Positions 1 through 10,921 are shown, counted from the stretch's first letter. The stretch: DNA of 64,000 nucleotides from an uncultured Verrucomicrobiae bacterium (GCA_963837955.1 CAWIPH010000002.1:3008001-3072000), one strand, 5' to 3'. A program made the numbers and translations. The notes: a model not told the origin generated them from the letters alone.

Positions 1-1152
1 TCTCCCCTCGATCGCAAGTCGGTAAAGCTTGAGATAATCGTCAGCCATGCGCGAAAGGGAGAATTCATTACTCGCCCGTATCCGGGCCGCTTCACCCAGC
101 TTCTTCCTGTTTTCGGAGTCGCTTAGCCTCGAAATCCAAGTTAGATCCTTCTGGTCGATGGAGACTACTCCCGGCGTATCCCGCCAACCGAATTGTTCCG
201 CCAAATTGCTCGTCAAAAAACAGGGAAGACCGGCCGCCATCGCTTCCAGAACGGCGAGCGGTAAGCCTTCGTATTCCGCCGTGTGCAGAAAGGCATCTGC
301 CGCGGCATAGTAGGGATTCGGATTAGCTAGCCAAGACATCGTAAGCAGCCGATCATCGAATCGAAGTGATGCGGCAGTTCTTTCCCATTCGGTGCGCAAC
401 CGACCATCACCGATCCAGCAGAACTTAACGTGAGGTAATTTCTGCCGAATAGTGTCGGCCAGTTTCAGAAAAAGGAGTGGACGCTTTTGTTCGACCATGC
501 GACCGACGGCGAGAAGCAAAATCTCTCCGTTTTTAATCTGAAGCTGCGCGCGCATCGCGGCTCGATCTCTTTCGAGTTCCTGAAGACTGGGGATCTGGAC
601 GCCGTTCACGATCGCACGCCCGCCGTTGGTGTTCCCAAGGAATGCTTCCAGACTTTTTTGGCGCTCTTCGCTCACAGCGGAAACGGGTCCACCAAACCGC
701 CGAAGTCCCCGATATGCTACGAGGTCCCGGACCCAGGCCGATCGAGCTCTCAATGAACGAGCTGACTGGGTGATATGTACCGTGCAGACTCGCGGCAGCG
801 CAGTATTCCGAGCTGCTGCCATCAGATCCAACCCATCTTCCAGATTTTGTTTGTTCAGGTGAATGACATCCGGTGTCAGGGCGAGCCATTCGCGACTGAT
901 CTGAGCGGCGGTCTTTGCATCCAGGAAAGCACTCAGGCTCCGGAGACGCCGAGAGTAGGTATTCCGATAGTCACTACGAAGGACCTGCGCAAAGCTGTTA
1001 AACCGATGGGCAAGCTCATCCATCCGCTCATCCGTAGATGTCCAAAACAAAATCTCGTGACGACGACGTTTGAGCTCTTCGCCCAACGCAGCCAGAAAAA
1101 GCTCTCCGCCACCGCGCGACCCCGAGCTGCTCGACGCCAATAAAATGCGCAT
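1..1152 (-). CDS. Glycosyltransferase family 4 (GT-B), 3' end runs off the window edge
   Basis: Manual translation of the minus strand gives MRILLASSSSGSRGGGELFL... and ADAFLHTAEYEGLPLAVLEA (GT4 E-x7-E motif). Absent from the ORF track because the stop lies outside the window. Confidence 0.85.
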   Translation of the reverse strand, partial: MRILLASSSSGSRGGGELFLAALGEELKRRRHEILFWTSTDERMDELAHRFNSFAQVLRSDYRNTYSRRLRSLSAFLDAKTAAQISREWLALTPDVIHLNKQNLEDGLDLMAAARNTALPRVCTVHITQSARSLRARSAWVRDLVAYRGLRRFGGPVSAVSEERQKSLEAFLGNTNGGRAIVNGVQIPSLQELERDRAAMRAQLQIKNGEILLLAVGRMVEQKRPLLFLKLADTIRQKLPHVKFCWIGDGRLRTEWERTAASLRFDDRLLTMSWLANPNPYYAAADAFLHTAEYEGLPLAVLEAMAAGLPCFLTSNLAEQFGWRDTPGVVSIDQKDLTWISRLSDSENRKKLGEAARIRASNEFSLSRMADDYLKLYRLAIEGR

Positions 1153-1156
1153 GGGG

Positions 1157-2245
1157 CTAAGCAATCTGCCGGAGTAGCTGCGCCCACTTTTCGGCTCCCC
1201 GCGCAGGGGTCCAATCGACCGCTCTTTCCCGCGAAGCAACGCCCATGCGGCGAAGAAGGTCGGGATCTCGCACCAACGAGTTCATGGCAGCCGCCAGCAG
1301 TTCAACGTCGCCGGCCGGGACACGAAACCCATTCACGCCGGGCATAACCAGATCTGCCCCAGCACCAACAGCATCTGAGCAGATGATGGGAAGGCCAGCT
1401 CCCAGAGCTTGATTGACCACCACGCCCCAGCCATCGTGACGGCTTGGGAGAACAAATACGTGAGCGCGAGCGAACACGTTCGGGAGATCACTGGGACCAA
1501 CAAAACCGATGTATTCGATGTGCTCTCTTGCCTTGGCCGATGCCTGCTGCAGCATCAAGGGTAGTTCCGCCTCTCTTCCGGCCAACACCAATCGAACCTT
1601 AAGTCCCTGCGAGATCATGCGATCAAAAGCTTGAATGAGGAGGTCGACACCTTTTCGACTGATCATTTGGCCGCAGAAAAGGAAAACAGTTTCTGTGCAC
1701 GCGTTCGGAATCGCTGGACTCCGCTCAAGAAATGGTTGGAGGTCGCAATGATACGGGATGTTGAAGACTGGCACCTTCGGAAAACGACTTTGATAGGATT
1801 CCATCGCTCGTGATCCGATCGCGACGATACCATCCAGATTCCTTAATGGTGCGGTCAGGAAATCTTGAAAACCGCGGCGAAGCCTGCCCGCCTGATATCG
1901 AAGAGATTCGCCCCAAAATAGAAGACCTTGCCCCCTGCCTTTCTTGCGCAAACAGAATTGAGATAAAGAAGAAGTGAGCGAATTGAGAACCAGGATCTTA
2001 TGACGCTTGAGAACAGGGTGTCGGAGTACACAGTGAAATCTCGCGTTCGCGACCGAGAACCAGAATCCAGGGAGAACGGTCTCGTAGGGCTCCAAAGGTT
2101 TTTCTGGCCAAGGGGAATCCGGGGCGGCCCGTTCCAGGTAGTAGACATGGAGTTGAAGGCTCGGGTGCGCAGCTATCGCGCGGAAGAGATCGCGCTGATA
2201 CGGTGAAGGAACGACGGAAACAATCGCAAGATCGAGTCCGCTCAT
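1157..2245 (-). CDS. Glycosyltransferase family 4
   Basis: FLFCGQMISRKG and VFVLPSRHDGWGVVVNQALGAG motifs. Start moved to ATG 2245, which overlaps the upstream stop (ATGA). Confidence 0.88.
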   Translation of the reverse strand: MSGLDLAIVSVVPSPYQRDLFRAIAAHPSLQLHVYYLERAAPDSPWPEKPLEPYETVLPGFWFSVANARFHCVLRHPVLKRHKILVLNSLTSSLSQFCLRKKGRGQGLLFWGESLRYQAGRLRRGFQDFLTAPLRNLDGIVAIGSRAMESYQSRFPKVPVFNIPYHCDLQPFLERSPAIPNACTETVFLFCGQMISRKGVDLLIQAFDRMISQGLKVRLVLAGREAELPLMLQQASAKAREHIEYIGFVGPSDLPNVFARAHVFVLPSRHDGWGVVVNQALGAGLPIICSDAVGAGADLVMPGVNGFRVPAGDVELLAAAMNSLVRDPDLLRRMGVASRERAVDWTPARGAEKWAQLLRQIA

Positions 2246-3681
2246 GTTTCTTTGGCAGGGGACGAAATGTCGGAGGTCAAATCGCTTGGCACAGTGGTTC
2301 GTCGAGTGAAGACAAGTGCCAAGATTATCGAGGCAGCCGTGGGCAATGCTGCGGTCGTTAAGGCAAACAGGCTCCGCATCGAGATGGCCATGGCCAGAAA
2401 TCCTGACGCGTAAATCAGAAAGCCAAATTCTGACCGAACTAACGACACTAGTTTCCCCCACCAACTCGCGAGCATACCAAAAAAGAGACCAGCTAAGACC
2501 ACACCCCAGGAGCCTCCGGCGATATAAGCCTCGCCGATGTAAGTTGTCGAAACGGTCATCCCATTGCTGACATCAAGGGCGTCTTCCAGCGACAAACTCA
2601 AACCCTGAGGCTTGCCAGGCCAAAGAGCTCGCGGAACAGGTCCGACTAACGCGATATAAGGAACTTCTAAGCCGAGAAATCGATAATTATCTGGGAACGT
2701 CTTTGTTAGTTCACCGATATTCACGAGATTCAAGTCAACGAAGAAAGTTGATGGCTGTTCGTTTACCCGCCCGGAGCGAGCCCCATTTATAAAGTATTCT
2801 TTCAAACCGATGGTTCGAGTGGTCAACATAATCGGCGAAGCTAGAAAAAATCCGATTGCCGCCAAACCGCACAAAACCAAGAATTCTGGATATCGATTTC
2901 GCGCGGTATTAACCCCGTAAGCAATCAGAAAAGTAATAAGGTAAGTAGCGAGCAGGTTTCGTGTCGAACCGGCAAAGGCTTGGAAAATGCAGAAGACAAC
3001 TCCCAGAGTGACGAGCGCAACGGTCAAAAAGCCGTACCTTTCTCGGCGAGCCAGGATCAGGCCGCCCAGAGGCGGCACCAGCTGGATTACCTCCCCCACT
3101 TGATTTAAGAGCGCCTTCCAATCCCCATACTTTCCTCTTCCCCAGCTTTGGGTAAATCGCGGTCCCATCATCTGGTCAATCATCGCGAAGACGTTGAAGT
3201 TGACCGCCAGCAACATGTAGAGTGTCCCAAAGAGCAGGCTAATGCCGAACACCCAAAGCAGGGCGGCAGACGGAGTAGGCTGCTGAACGATCCTGGTAAG
3301 GGCCCTTGGCATCGGAGGAGCGAAATGCCGCCCAACGGCCATCGCCCCGAACGCCATCAAGCAAAGCCAACAAGCGTAATACATCGATGTACGCGTCGTC
3401 ATGTCGTTCACCGCACCTTGGGGGAGCAGGAATTCGAAAAAAGTAAGAAAATACAGAACGCTGAAGGCGAGCGTATCCGGACGCAGCAGAACTCGCCAAT
3501 TCTGTCTCCATTCGATGGCAACCGCGCCCACTAAGGTAATCCCAACGCCCACCGCACCATGGCTGGCGATCTCTTCCGGTGTTGGAGCTGGGAGAATAAA
3601 ATAGGTAATGATGAGACCCAGAATCCAAAAGGTCGTCGCCAAAAAATAGGGCTTATTCTCTCGAGGTAGAAATTCAGGCAT
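2242..3681 (-). CDS. Wzy-like polysaccharide polymerase / O-antigen ligase-like polytopic membrane protein
   Basis: About 11 hydrophobic segments, a large periplasmic loop, VPRALWPGKP and STTYIGEAY motifs, located in a GT operon. Confidence 0.7.
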   Translation of the reverse strand: MPEFLPRENKPYFLATTFWILGLIITYFILPAPTPEEIASHGAVGVGITLVGAVAIEWRQNWRVLLRPDTLAFSVLYFLTFFEFLLPQGAVNDMTTRTSMYYACWLCLMAFGAMAVGRHFAPPMPRALTRIVQQPTPSAALLWVFGISLLFGTLYMLLAVNFNVFAMIDQMMGPRFTQSWGRGKYGDWKALLNQVGEVIQLVPPLGGLILARRERYGFLTVALVTLGVVFCIFQAFAGSTRNLLATYLITFLIAYGVNTARNRYPEFLVLCGLAAIGFFLASPIMLTTRTIGLKEYFINGARSGRVNEQPSTFFVDLNLVNIGELTKTFPDNYRFLGLEVPYIALVGPVPRALWPGKPQGLSLSLEDALDVSNGMTVSTTYIGEAYIAGGSWGVVLAGLFFGMLASWWGKLVSLVRSEFGFLIYASGFLAMAISMRSLFALTTAALPTAASIILALVFTRRTTVPSDLTSDISSPAKET

Positions 3682-3689
3682 AAAACAGA

Positions 3690-4835
3690 CTAAATTTGGC
3701 CGGTTTCACTCTTTATTGCCCTACTCGACTGCACCATCAAATCCCGCGCTGACTTTTCCCAGGAGAAGTCGCCATCGACAATTCTCCGTTCTTCCGCCCA
3801 AATCCGCAGCTCGTGCAGCAACCCGATATGGTCCTGCACAGGGAAGATCGAGCCGTTCTTTCCCGGTTCTATAAGGTCTTTCGCGCCAACTCGATCGCTA
3901 ACAATACAAGGAATACCGGAGGCTAAAGCTTGCGCGACAACCAAGCCGAACCCTTCTTCCAATGAGGGAAGAACAAGCACCGATGCTTCTCTCATGGCTT
4001 GGGCCAATTGGCTTTGAGGCACGGCGCCATGGAAGTGCAGAGGTATCACGCCCCGATACTCTTTGAGATCGGTGGACACCTCAGGGCCGATCGTACCGTA
4101 GAAGTCGACTTCCCAAGGCTCTGCACCCGCCGCCCGGAGCGCATCCAATAGCGTTCGAACCCCTTTTCGCAAGCTCAACTTGCCCGCAAAAATAATACGG
4201 AACTGCCCCGTGTCTTTACCTGTTTTACGCCAAAAAACAGATCGGTCCACCCCGTAGGGCACTAGCCAGATTTTTTGACGGTCGATTCCGATGCCCATTA
4301 ACTGCTCGCGAACCAGCGTCGACGCTACGCAATGCAAATCAGCAAGCGCGTATTCTTCCTTCTCTCTCTCGAGGTAAATGTCGTCGTAGACTGTCATTCG
4401 CTTGATATCAGTTCCGATCCTTTCGTATTCGGCCCTCATGACCTGAATCCAGTGACTTGAGGGCCCGGTAGCATGATTTAGTACGGCCTTAATCCCTAAT
4501 TCTTTAGCCCGACGAAAGGTTTTCAGGCATTGCCCTGGCAAACCATGAATGAAGTCGTAGGATCGAAGTTGGCCCGCTACCCAGCCGTCAAAGGCTTGGT
4601 CTTGCCACAAAAATAAGGTGCGGTTGGCGAAACGGTATTTTTCCGGCAGGCGAAGCAGCGCGTACGTCATCACTGTGCGAAAGCTGTGGGTATGAAGATC
4701 GCCCGGATAGGGCGGTCGCAACTTCCACTTAGGATACCCGCTGAAATACGAAACGTTCTTGGCTAACGCACCGAGGGCCTGTGCCAGGGGATAAAGATGA
4801 CATGGATTAGTTGCTGCAAAAGCTAGATTAAGCAC
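3690..4835 (-). CDS. Glycosyltransferase family 4
   Basis: IIFAGKLSLRKG and LVLPSLEEGFGLVVAQALASG. Probable GTG start at 4835 overlapping the upstream stop. Confidence 0.88.
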   Translation of the reverse strand: MLNLAFAATNPCHLYPLAQALGALAKNVSYFSGYPKWKLRPPYPGDLHTHSFRTVMTYALLRLPEKYRFANRTLFLWQDQAFDGWVAGQLRSYDFIHGLPGQCLKTFRRAKELGIKAVLNHATGPSSHWIQVMRAEYERIGTDIKRMTVYDDIYLEREKEEYALADLHCVASTLVREQLMGIGIDRQKIWLVPYGVDRSVFWRKTGKDTGQFRIIFAGKLSLRKGVRTLLDALRAAGAEPWEVDFYGTIGPEVSTDLKEYRGVIPLHFHGAVPQSQLAQAMREASVLVLPSLEEGFGLVVAQALASGIPCIVSDRVGAKDLIEPGKNGSIFPVQDHIGLLHELRIWAEERRIVDGDFSWEKSARDLMVQSSRAIKSETGQI

Positions 4836-5787
4836 GTTCGAGAAGATTCTTGATTTGCTCCAACGGCAGAGGGCCGGTTCGCCGCAACAAACGAAAGGCC
4901 CGATACGCGTTACGAGAGACGGCGGCTCGATTTCGCGCATTCCGTAAGCAGGCCGGAATGGATTCCAATAATCCCTTCGACGCGAGAAGCAGAGCGTGGC
5001 GCCTAGCGGCGTACAAGCTTGTCTTCAACACGGTTGCAGGCAGATGGAACAGGATTGACGGAGCCGGTACGTTGAGATAGGTGAAGAGCACGATGTTTCG
5101 CGCTCCCAAGCGCCATAAACGTTCCTTGTTTCGAATGGCTGATTCATGGTGGTGAATCAGCACCTCGTGCCCACTTCGAATCATCCAGCCGTTATTCAAT
5201 AACCGAATAGCCAAATCAGCTTCTTCATGATGCATGAAGTAGGCCTCTCGATAACCGTTAATCGCCGCGTAGGCCGCACGTCGAAAAATCACCATCCCAG
5301 CGTAATAATCAACAGTCGCGAAGACACCTTCGTTGGCCGGAGCAGCCGTCCGGATGCCATCTGCTTGCGGCAGGTTGACGAAAGGCAGCGTCACCGCCGC
5401 GATGGTAGGATCAACGAACCAGGTCAAGGCCAGCTCGATACTATCGGGCCTCGCCAAGACGCAGTCGTCATCAAGCGTGACCAGATATTCCCCGGTGGCC
5501 AACCGAGCTGCCTCATTGCGCGAGGCCGCCGGGCCCACATTGGTCTCATGGTGTTTGACAACTACATTGGGAAAAGACTGTTCGATGAACTTCGTAGTTC
5601 CGTCCGTGGAGGCGTCATCGATACACACCACTTGACAAACAATCGTTTGAGCGGCAACCGAAGCTAACACGCGACCGAGGGACTCTTTCCGATTCCGGGT
5701 AGCAATCAAGACGGTCACCGTTGATCGAACTTGCGATCCGACTAATTCACCGTTCTCGGAGAGAGAATCTGTTTTCAAGACGGGCAA
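4828..5787 (-). CDS. Glycosyltransferase family 2
   Basis: VTVLIATRNR, CIDDASTDGT, GPAASRN, LDDD motifs. Confidence 0.9.
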   Translation of the reverse strand: MPVLKTDSLSENGELVGSQVRSTVTVLIATRNRKESLGRVLASVAAQTIVCQVVCIDDASTDGTTKFIEQSFPNVVVKHHETNVGPAASRNEAARLATGEYLVTLDDDCVLARPDSIELALTWFVDPTIAAVTLPFVNLPQADGIRTAAPANEGVFATVDYYAGMVIFRRAAYAAINGYREAYFMHHEEADLAIRLLNNGWMIRSGHEVLIHHHESAIRNKERLWRLGARNIVLFTYLNVPAPSILFHLPATVLKTSLYAARRHALLLASKGLLESIPACLRNARNRAAVSRNAYRAFRLLRRTGPLPLEQIKNLLERA

Positions 5788-5848
5788 CTATCTTTCTACG
5801 CACTTTAGAAGTTTCCAGACGAAAACCAACTTATCGCGCAAAAGAAAA

Positions 5849-6772
5849 TCAGCCTCGCGCAGCTCGCGCTATTCTTTCGGCTAACCCAAAACCAAGGCAC
5901 CGCAACGCAATTTTATACTTCCATGGAGCGACATCGTTTGCGGTAGCAATAAGACCCTCTCCCTTGCGTTGCTTGTAGTATTGAGTGGCATACCGGATGT
6001 CCTGAACTGCCAGCTGCCGAGCTTGTCTGAAAAATTGTTGGGACGCAATTTGCTGATAGCGAGGTGTAAGCCGGTTTCTCTCTTTGAGCCAATCGAGGAA
6101 CTCATAAATCAAGCTGGTCATTAAATTGATTACTGCGCGTTTGTCGTTGCGACAGACGGTCGATTCTGACCAAATTCGATATACCGAAAGCGGTTCGCCC
6201 GCTTGAACAAATCGCAAACCGCCACGAAACGCGCGTAAGTAGAGCTCGTACTCCTGGTTGCAACGAACGGCTTCATTCCAGCCTCCAATTTCTCTCAGCG
6301 CCTCCGTTTTCCAAACTGCACCACCCGTTTGTGGCATCGACCAGCTAATCCAAAGTGCATACCAATCTATTGGTGAAGGGAAAGTCCTGACGATGCGGTC
6401 AGCCATTGTGCCGTTGACCCATCGTTCCTCCACCGTCGGGCTGCACAGAACGTCTGCGTCGGACCGAGGCGCCGAAAGCTGAGAAGATATCTTCTCTGGC
6501 AATAAGTAGTCGTCGGCATCAAGAAATTGAATCCACTCACCCGTAGCTCGAGCCAGTCCTAGATTGCGGGCTGCGTTTCCGCCCAGATGATCCTGGGATA
6601 GAAAGGTGACTTGTTCTCCGAATTCACGACAGATTTCGGGGGTGCTATCGGTGGAGCCGTCATCAATCACCACGATTTCTTTATCGGACCAAGTCTGGTC
6701 GATAGCCGACTGGATCGAATTCCTGATCCATTGAGCACAGTTATATACCGGGATGGCAATCGTGACCTTCAT
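5849..6772 (-). CDS. Glycosyltransferase family 2
   Basis: VTIAIPVYN, VIDDGSTD, GGNAARN, FLDADD motifs. Confidence 0.92.
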   Translation of the reverse strand: MKVTIAIPVYNCAQWIRNSIQSAIDQTWSDKEIVVIDDGSTDSTPEICREFGEQVTFLSQDHLGGNAARNLGLARATGEWIQFLDADDYLLPEKISSQLSAPRSDADVLCSPTVEERWVNGTMADRIVRTFPSPIDWYALWISWSMPQTGGAVWKTEALREIGGWNEAVRCNQEYELYLRAFRGGLRFVQAGEPLSVYRIWSESTVCRNDKRAVINLMTSLIYEFLDWLKERNRLTPRYQQIASQQFFRQARQLAVQDIRYATQYYKQRKGEGLIATANDVAPWKYKIALRCLGFGLAERIARAARG

Positions 6773-6802
6773 TTTCTGATTCGGTCCCTCCTGGTTAACA
6801 TT

Positions 6803-7651
6803 TTAAGATGCATTACTCGAAAGAAAGGATCTACATATCCCTTTCACACGGCTAACCAGCACCGCTGCCCCCCATTTCATCCATTGCAATTTAGAAACCG
6901 CGAATCGGCGCTCCAAAAAATATAGGCGCGGTATCGCCCATTGACTAAATTCGCTGCTCATGACGAAGGGCTCGGTTGTACAAGCCGAAAGAAAACCAGC
7001 CTCCCGTACGATATCGAGTAATGCCTTATTGTGGTCGCCGTACGGAAAAGCAAAGTGCTGCATCGGGACCGCGAAAAGATCCTCCAGTTTCTTCTTGGAA
7101 TCGACGATCTCCCGCTTTGCCTGATCGAGAGTCAATGCAGTCAGGTGAGGATGCGTCAACGTATGCGCTCCAATCTCATGCCCCAGACTCAGCCAATCCT
7201 TAACTTGCGATCGATCCATCAACGGCTCCATGGTGCTACCCTTATCGCGATCCCATTCGTTGTGTTGGCCAAGCCGATTCGCCACCAGAAACTGGATTGC
7301 GGTTAGGTCGTGCTCGCGTAGCGGAATGCCCGCAAGCTCTAAGGTTGCGGCAAAACCGTCGTCGAAGGTAATGACTGCTCTCTTTTGTGAGCTAGAGAAC
7401 CGAGTTTTGATGAGTTCGGTCAATGAGATGACCCGAAATTGGGAGCGAGTAAGCTCCCCTGCCAATCTGCGGAACGTCTCGTGCGAAACGTAGAGCCATG
7501 AATGTGACGCATTTCTCGATGGCACTCCGACCCTATGAAATAGCAGCACCGGTGTTCCAATTTTACTGGCTACTTCGAGATCGTTCAGTCTAGTGACGAC
7601 AGATTCCCACAGTCCCCCTCCCACGATCGCGGCAGTCAGCTTCGGCTTCAT
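6803..7651 (-). CDS. Polysaccharide deacetylase (NodB/CE4)
   Basis: ITFDDG, EIGAHTLTHPHL, FAFPYG motifs. Confidence 0.9.
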   Translation of the reverse strand: MKPKLTAAIVGGGLWESVVTRLNDLEVASKIGTPVLLFHRVGVPSRNASHSWLYVSHETFRRLAGELTRSQFRVISLTELIKTRFSSSQKRAVITFDDGFAATLELAGIPLREHDLTAIQFLVANRLGQHNEWDRDKGSTMEPLMDRSQVKDWLSLGHEIGAHTLTHPHLTALTLDQAKREIVDSKKKLEDLFAVPMQHFAFPYGDHNKALLDIVREAGFLSACTTEPFVMSSEFSQWAIPRLYFLERRFAVSKLQWMKWGAAVLVSRVKGICRSFLSSNAS

Positions 7652-8700
7652 CTTTTGTACTCCGCCAGCTCCTGATAAATTGCCGCCGTCCGCTCGGCAA
7701 CTAATGACCAGCGGGTCGAGAACCGCCAGGCACTCGCTTCCTCAGGATTTCTTGGGGCATTGATAGCGCAATGCAGTAACTGCGAAAATTCTTCATCCAG
7801 ATTGTGAAATCGGAAAACCATCGGTGACGGCTCCCCCAGATCGACCGTGCGTAGCCGCTCCGGCAGCAGCACCGGAATCCCAGCAGATCGCGCCAGAGCA
7901 GCCGAGCCAGAGGTCAGGATCGAGGAATAGTTAAAAACGGCACAATCGACCGCACCTAGAAGCTGGCTCAGTTCCAGATCGCTCAGCTCTCTGGGCGTGA
8001 ATGTTATATGGCCTGGTATGGCTCGGGCTTGCAATTCGGCCAGATAGGACGCTTCCGAAGAATCGCCGGCAATGATTAAATGCGTTGTTGGTCGAGCCAC
8101 TCTCCAATAATCGACTACCTCATCAATTCCTTTATACCGCTCTATGCGGCCGAACATGAGCGCGTACTTGCAATCGGGTCGAAGACCAAGCTTTGTCCGA
8201 CTTTTTGATTGAGGTGGCGGAGTTGGCAGCGCCTCCAGAAGATCGCCGTGTGGAATGACTCGAATTTTTTCCGGCGACAAATTCGCAGCTTTCGCAATGA
8301 CCTGTTTCGCCTCATCAGAGTGCGCTATGATTGTGCCGGCTCGATGATAAGTGAATTTAATGAGAGGGTCGATCAACGATTCGATGCCGTGAGTCTTCAG
8401 ATTATGAGCCGTTACAACGAGAGGATGAAGCTTGGTCGCCAAAACAAGGTCAAGCGGGTAGCGTCCACGCCTAACCTGTTGGTGGATCGGGCCGCCGAAC
8501 TTGAAGTAATGCTCCGGCCAATGCAGGTGAAGAATTGCGTTTCGTGCTCGTCGCAGACTGCGCCAAAGTGGCAGTCCCCTTCGATATTCGTTAAGAAATT
8601 GCACTGGAAATCCAAGCGCTCGAAGAGCGTTGGCCAGCAGGGTCTGATACGGATTCCCCGCAGTATAGTCAGGCGCAAAAATGATCCGATAATCCATCAA
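7648..8700 (-). CDS. Glycosyltransferase family 4
   Basis: LHLHWPE, TAHN, IPHG, MFGRIERYKG, SILTSGS motifs. Confidence 0.85.
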   Translation of the reverse strand: MMDYRIIFAPDYTAGNPYQTLLANALRALGFPVQFLNEYRRGLPLWRSLRRARNAILHLHWPEHYFKFGGPIHQQVRRGRYPLDLVLATKLHPLVVTAHNLKTHGIESLIDPLIKFTYHRAGTIIAHSDEAKQVIAKAANLSPEKIRVIPHGDLLEALPTPPPQSKSRTKLGLRPDCKYALMFGRIERYKGIDEVVDYWRVARPTTHLIIAGDSSEASYLAELQARAIPGHITFTPRELSDLELSQLLGAVDCAVFNYSSILTSGSAALARSAGIPVLLPERLRTVDLGEPSPMVFRFHNLDEEFSQLLHCAINAPRNPEEASAWRFSTRWSLVAERTAAIYQELAEYKR

Positions 8701-8717
8701 ACGATGTGCCGGCTCCT

Positions 8718-9638
8718 TTAAAAGGCCCGGCGGAACCTTTTCAGAAGGCGCGCACTTGTCAGCGCCAATCCCTCAGCATAAAAACGTTGCCGCACAGCGC
8801 CGATGTAGTGGCGCATGATGATATCCGGCGGAGCTTCGGCCGTGATCGTTACCGAGTAAGATGAAGGCAACAACTGGGATGGTTGGCAGGCCGCTGCAAT
8901 TGCGAAGAGGGTTTGCTCATAGGTCCAACGACGCTCCGTTTCCAAAAGAGCCGTCTTAACGATTGCTTCAGCCAGGAATTCAGGGTCAATGAAATCAGCG
9001 GAGATTGCGCAAATCCCGCTATTAAGCTTGGAAATCGGTTTCACGCCGACTCGTGCCTCTATCGCCTCCGGCGGAACGGCAGATGCCTCTTTAACGTCAG
9101 TCAAAAAATAATTGGGGCTTTTCATACGCGTCGCCCATTGAAGAATTTCGGTCGGGCGCCGAAAGAAAATCATATCGCAATCCAGGATAAGTCTCTTGCC
9201 TGGGGGACCAAGCAGCGGGGCATCAAGTAGTTTCAAAGCGAGTGGAAGTCTCCTTCGAAGTTCCAGCAAAACCGGCCACCGCCGAAGCGTCTCGGTCAAT
9301 TGAGCATCTGCTTCCGGTCGACTGACCATCTTCGCATCGGGAGCCACGTTTGCGATAGCTCGCCAAATAGGCTCATTACACGAACCGTCATCGTGGAAAA
9401 CCACTGGCCATGACTGATCGGTCACGTCGAAGAAAGACGCTAACATCCAGAGACCCAACATCCAGTATTCACTCCCTATCACGACGTGGAGAGCGACATC
9501 CTTGTTGTCAGCGGTTCCGGGCAGCCGTAGGCCCAACACGCGGTTGAGCGTGAAATAGTCGTGCCAAGTCGCTCCGAGCCCCCGCCGAATGTCGCGCCGG
9601 AGCCGCCAATAGAGATGTCCCGGACTCGGAAAGTTCAC
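8718..9638 (-). CDS. GT-A fold glycosyltransferase (GT8-like)
   Basis: LILDCDMIFF (DxD), LNSG, EQT and RHY motifs in GT8-like order; translationally coupled to wzt. Confidence 0.6.
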   Translation of the reverse strand: MNFPSPGHLYWRLRRDIRRGLGATWHDYFTLNRVLGLRLPGTADNKDVALHVVIGSEYWMLGLWMLASFFDVTDQSWPVVFHDDGSCNEPIWRAIANVAPDAKMVSRPEADAQLTETLRRWPVLLELRRRLPLALKLLDAPLLGPPGKRLILDCDMIFFRRPTEILQWATRMKSPNYFLTDVKEASAVPPEAIEARVGVKPISKLNSGICAISADFIDPEFLAEAIVKTALLETERRWTYEQTLFAIAAACQPSQLLPSSYSVTITAEAPPDIIMRHYIGAVRQRFYAEGLALTSARLLKRFRRAF

Positions 9639-10909
9639 AAATTTGCGGCGTCCGCCTGCGAGCTTACGAGTTCCATGTCCTCACGAAGTTCCCAAGTATA
9701 CGGCAATTTCACCAAGCCGGACCATTGCGAATTTTCCATCCGGAGTCCCTCAATCCACCCCGGCGCCACTTCAAACTCAAGTAAGCACTCAGCCTTTTGC
9801 ACCTGGAAATTATTGAGGTAGACCGCACCGAACAAATGATAGCGCCCAGGGTTAAGGCGCAACGGATTCACAATACATTGCAAGGTAATATCTCCCGTCA
9901 AAGGACCGAGATTTGCTTTTTCGCTGCTAAATTCTGTAACATAAACCAAATTCTCGTTGTAGATTTCCAGCGCGCAGTGAGCCCCTGGTACCATCGAGGC
10001 GACCTCAACCTGAAAATGGGCTGGCTTGCCGGTAGTTAGTACGTTTTGCAAAGTATCTTGGCCTTGCGACACAGTCGCGGAAATCACTGATGGTGTGCCA
10101 GCAATTTTGGGTCTTACGGATCGCGGTTGCTCGGCCACCACGTTCAGATAAGCCTGGATCGCCCGAGCCGGGGTGTCATCGGCAATCATTCTCCCTTCCC
10201 GCAATGCGATCACCCGCGAGCAAATGTTTTGCACCGCGGCCAGATCATGACTGACAAAAAGCACGGTACGCCCACCTTTTGCCACGTCGTTCATTTTGCC
10301 GAGGCATTTCTTCTGAAACTCGGCGTCGCCCACCGCCAGAATTTCATCGGCTATCAAAATGCCGGCATCAAGAAACGCAGCCACAGCGAATGCTAGCCGT
10401 ACGCGCATTCCGCTGGAATAGCGCTTCGCTGGAGTGTCGATAAACTGTGAAATTCCAGAGAAATCAATGATAGCATCCAGTTTCCGTCGCGTTGTTTTCT
10501 GGGGCATGCCAAGAATGGCGGCATTCAAGAAGATATTTTCGCGCCCGGTGAGATCGGGGTGCATCCCGGTGCCAACCTCCAACAACGAGGCAACTCGCTG
10601 TCGCAACACCGCCTCGCCCGCCGTTGGTTCGGTAATCCGCGAAAGGATTTTGAGCAAGGTAGACTTACCAGCTCCATTGCTTCCCACAAATCCGAGTGCT
10701 TCACCGTGCTGAACCTGGAAACTAATGTCGCGGAGCGCCCAGACCCATTTCGATTTGTCTTTGGCGCTAGGGATACCTCCGGGGCCGGCCTGCTTCTCCT
10801 TCCGAATACGCGAAAATAATATTTGGAGATCCTCCTTCAAAGAAGTGGCACCGATTGTTCCCAAGCGGTAACGTTTTGAAAGATTGGAGACTTCGATTAC
10901 CGGTTTCAT
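9635..10909 (-). CDS. wzt: Polysaccharide ABC transporter ATP-binding subunit with C-terminal Wzt_C-like domain
   Basis: Walker A GSNGAGKST, YSSGMRVRLAF signature, DEILAVGDAEFQKKC, C-terminal beta-rich extension. Confidence 0.92.
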   Translation of the reverse strand: MKPVIEVSNLSKRYRLGTIGATSLKEDLQILFSRIRKEKQAGPGGIPSAKDKSKWVWALRDISFQVQHGEALGFVGSNGAGKSTLLKILSRITEPTAGEAVLRQRVASLLEVGTGMHPDLTGRENIFLNAAILGMPQKTTRRKLDAIIDFSGISQFIDTPAKRYSSGMRVRLAFAVAAFLDAGILIADEILAVGDAEFQKKCLGKMNDVAKGGRTVLFVSHDLAAVQNICSRVIALREGRMIADDTPARAIQAYLNVVAEQPRSVRPKIAGTPSVISATVSQGQDTLQNVLTTGKPAHFQVEVASMVPGAHCALEIYNENLVYVTEFSSEKANLGPLTGDITLQCIVNPLRLNPGRYHLFGAVYLNNFQVQKAECLLEFEVAPGWIEGLRMENSQWSGLVKLPYTWELREDMELVSSQADAANL

Positions 10910-10921
10910 CGTTATCCCGTG

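Noticed and set aside
2246..2464. Long N-terminal extensions of several ORFs (1157-2464, 3690-4940, 11320-11946, 38365-38892, 62040-62543)
   Set aside because: They overlap upstream genes; downstream starts with stop-start coupling or homology-consistent N-termini fit better.
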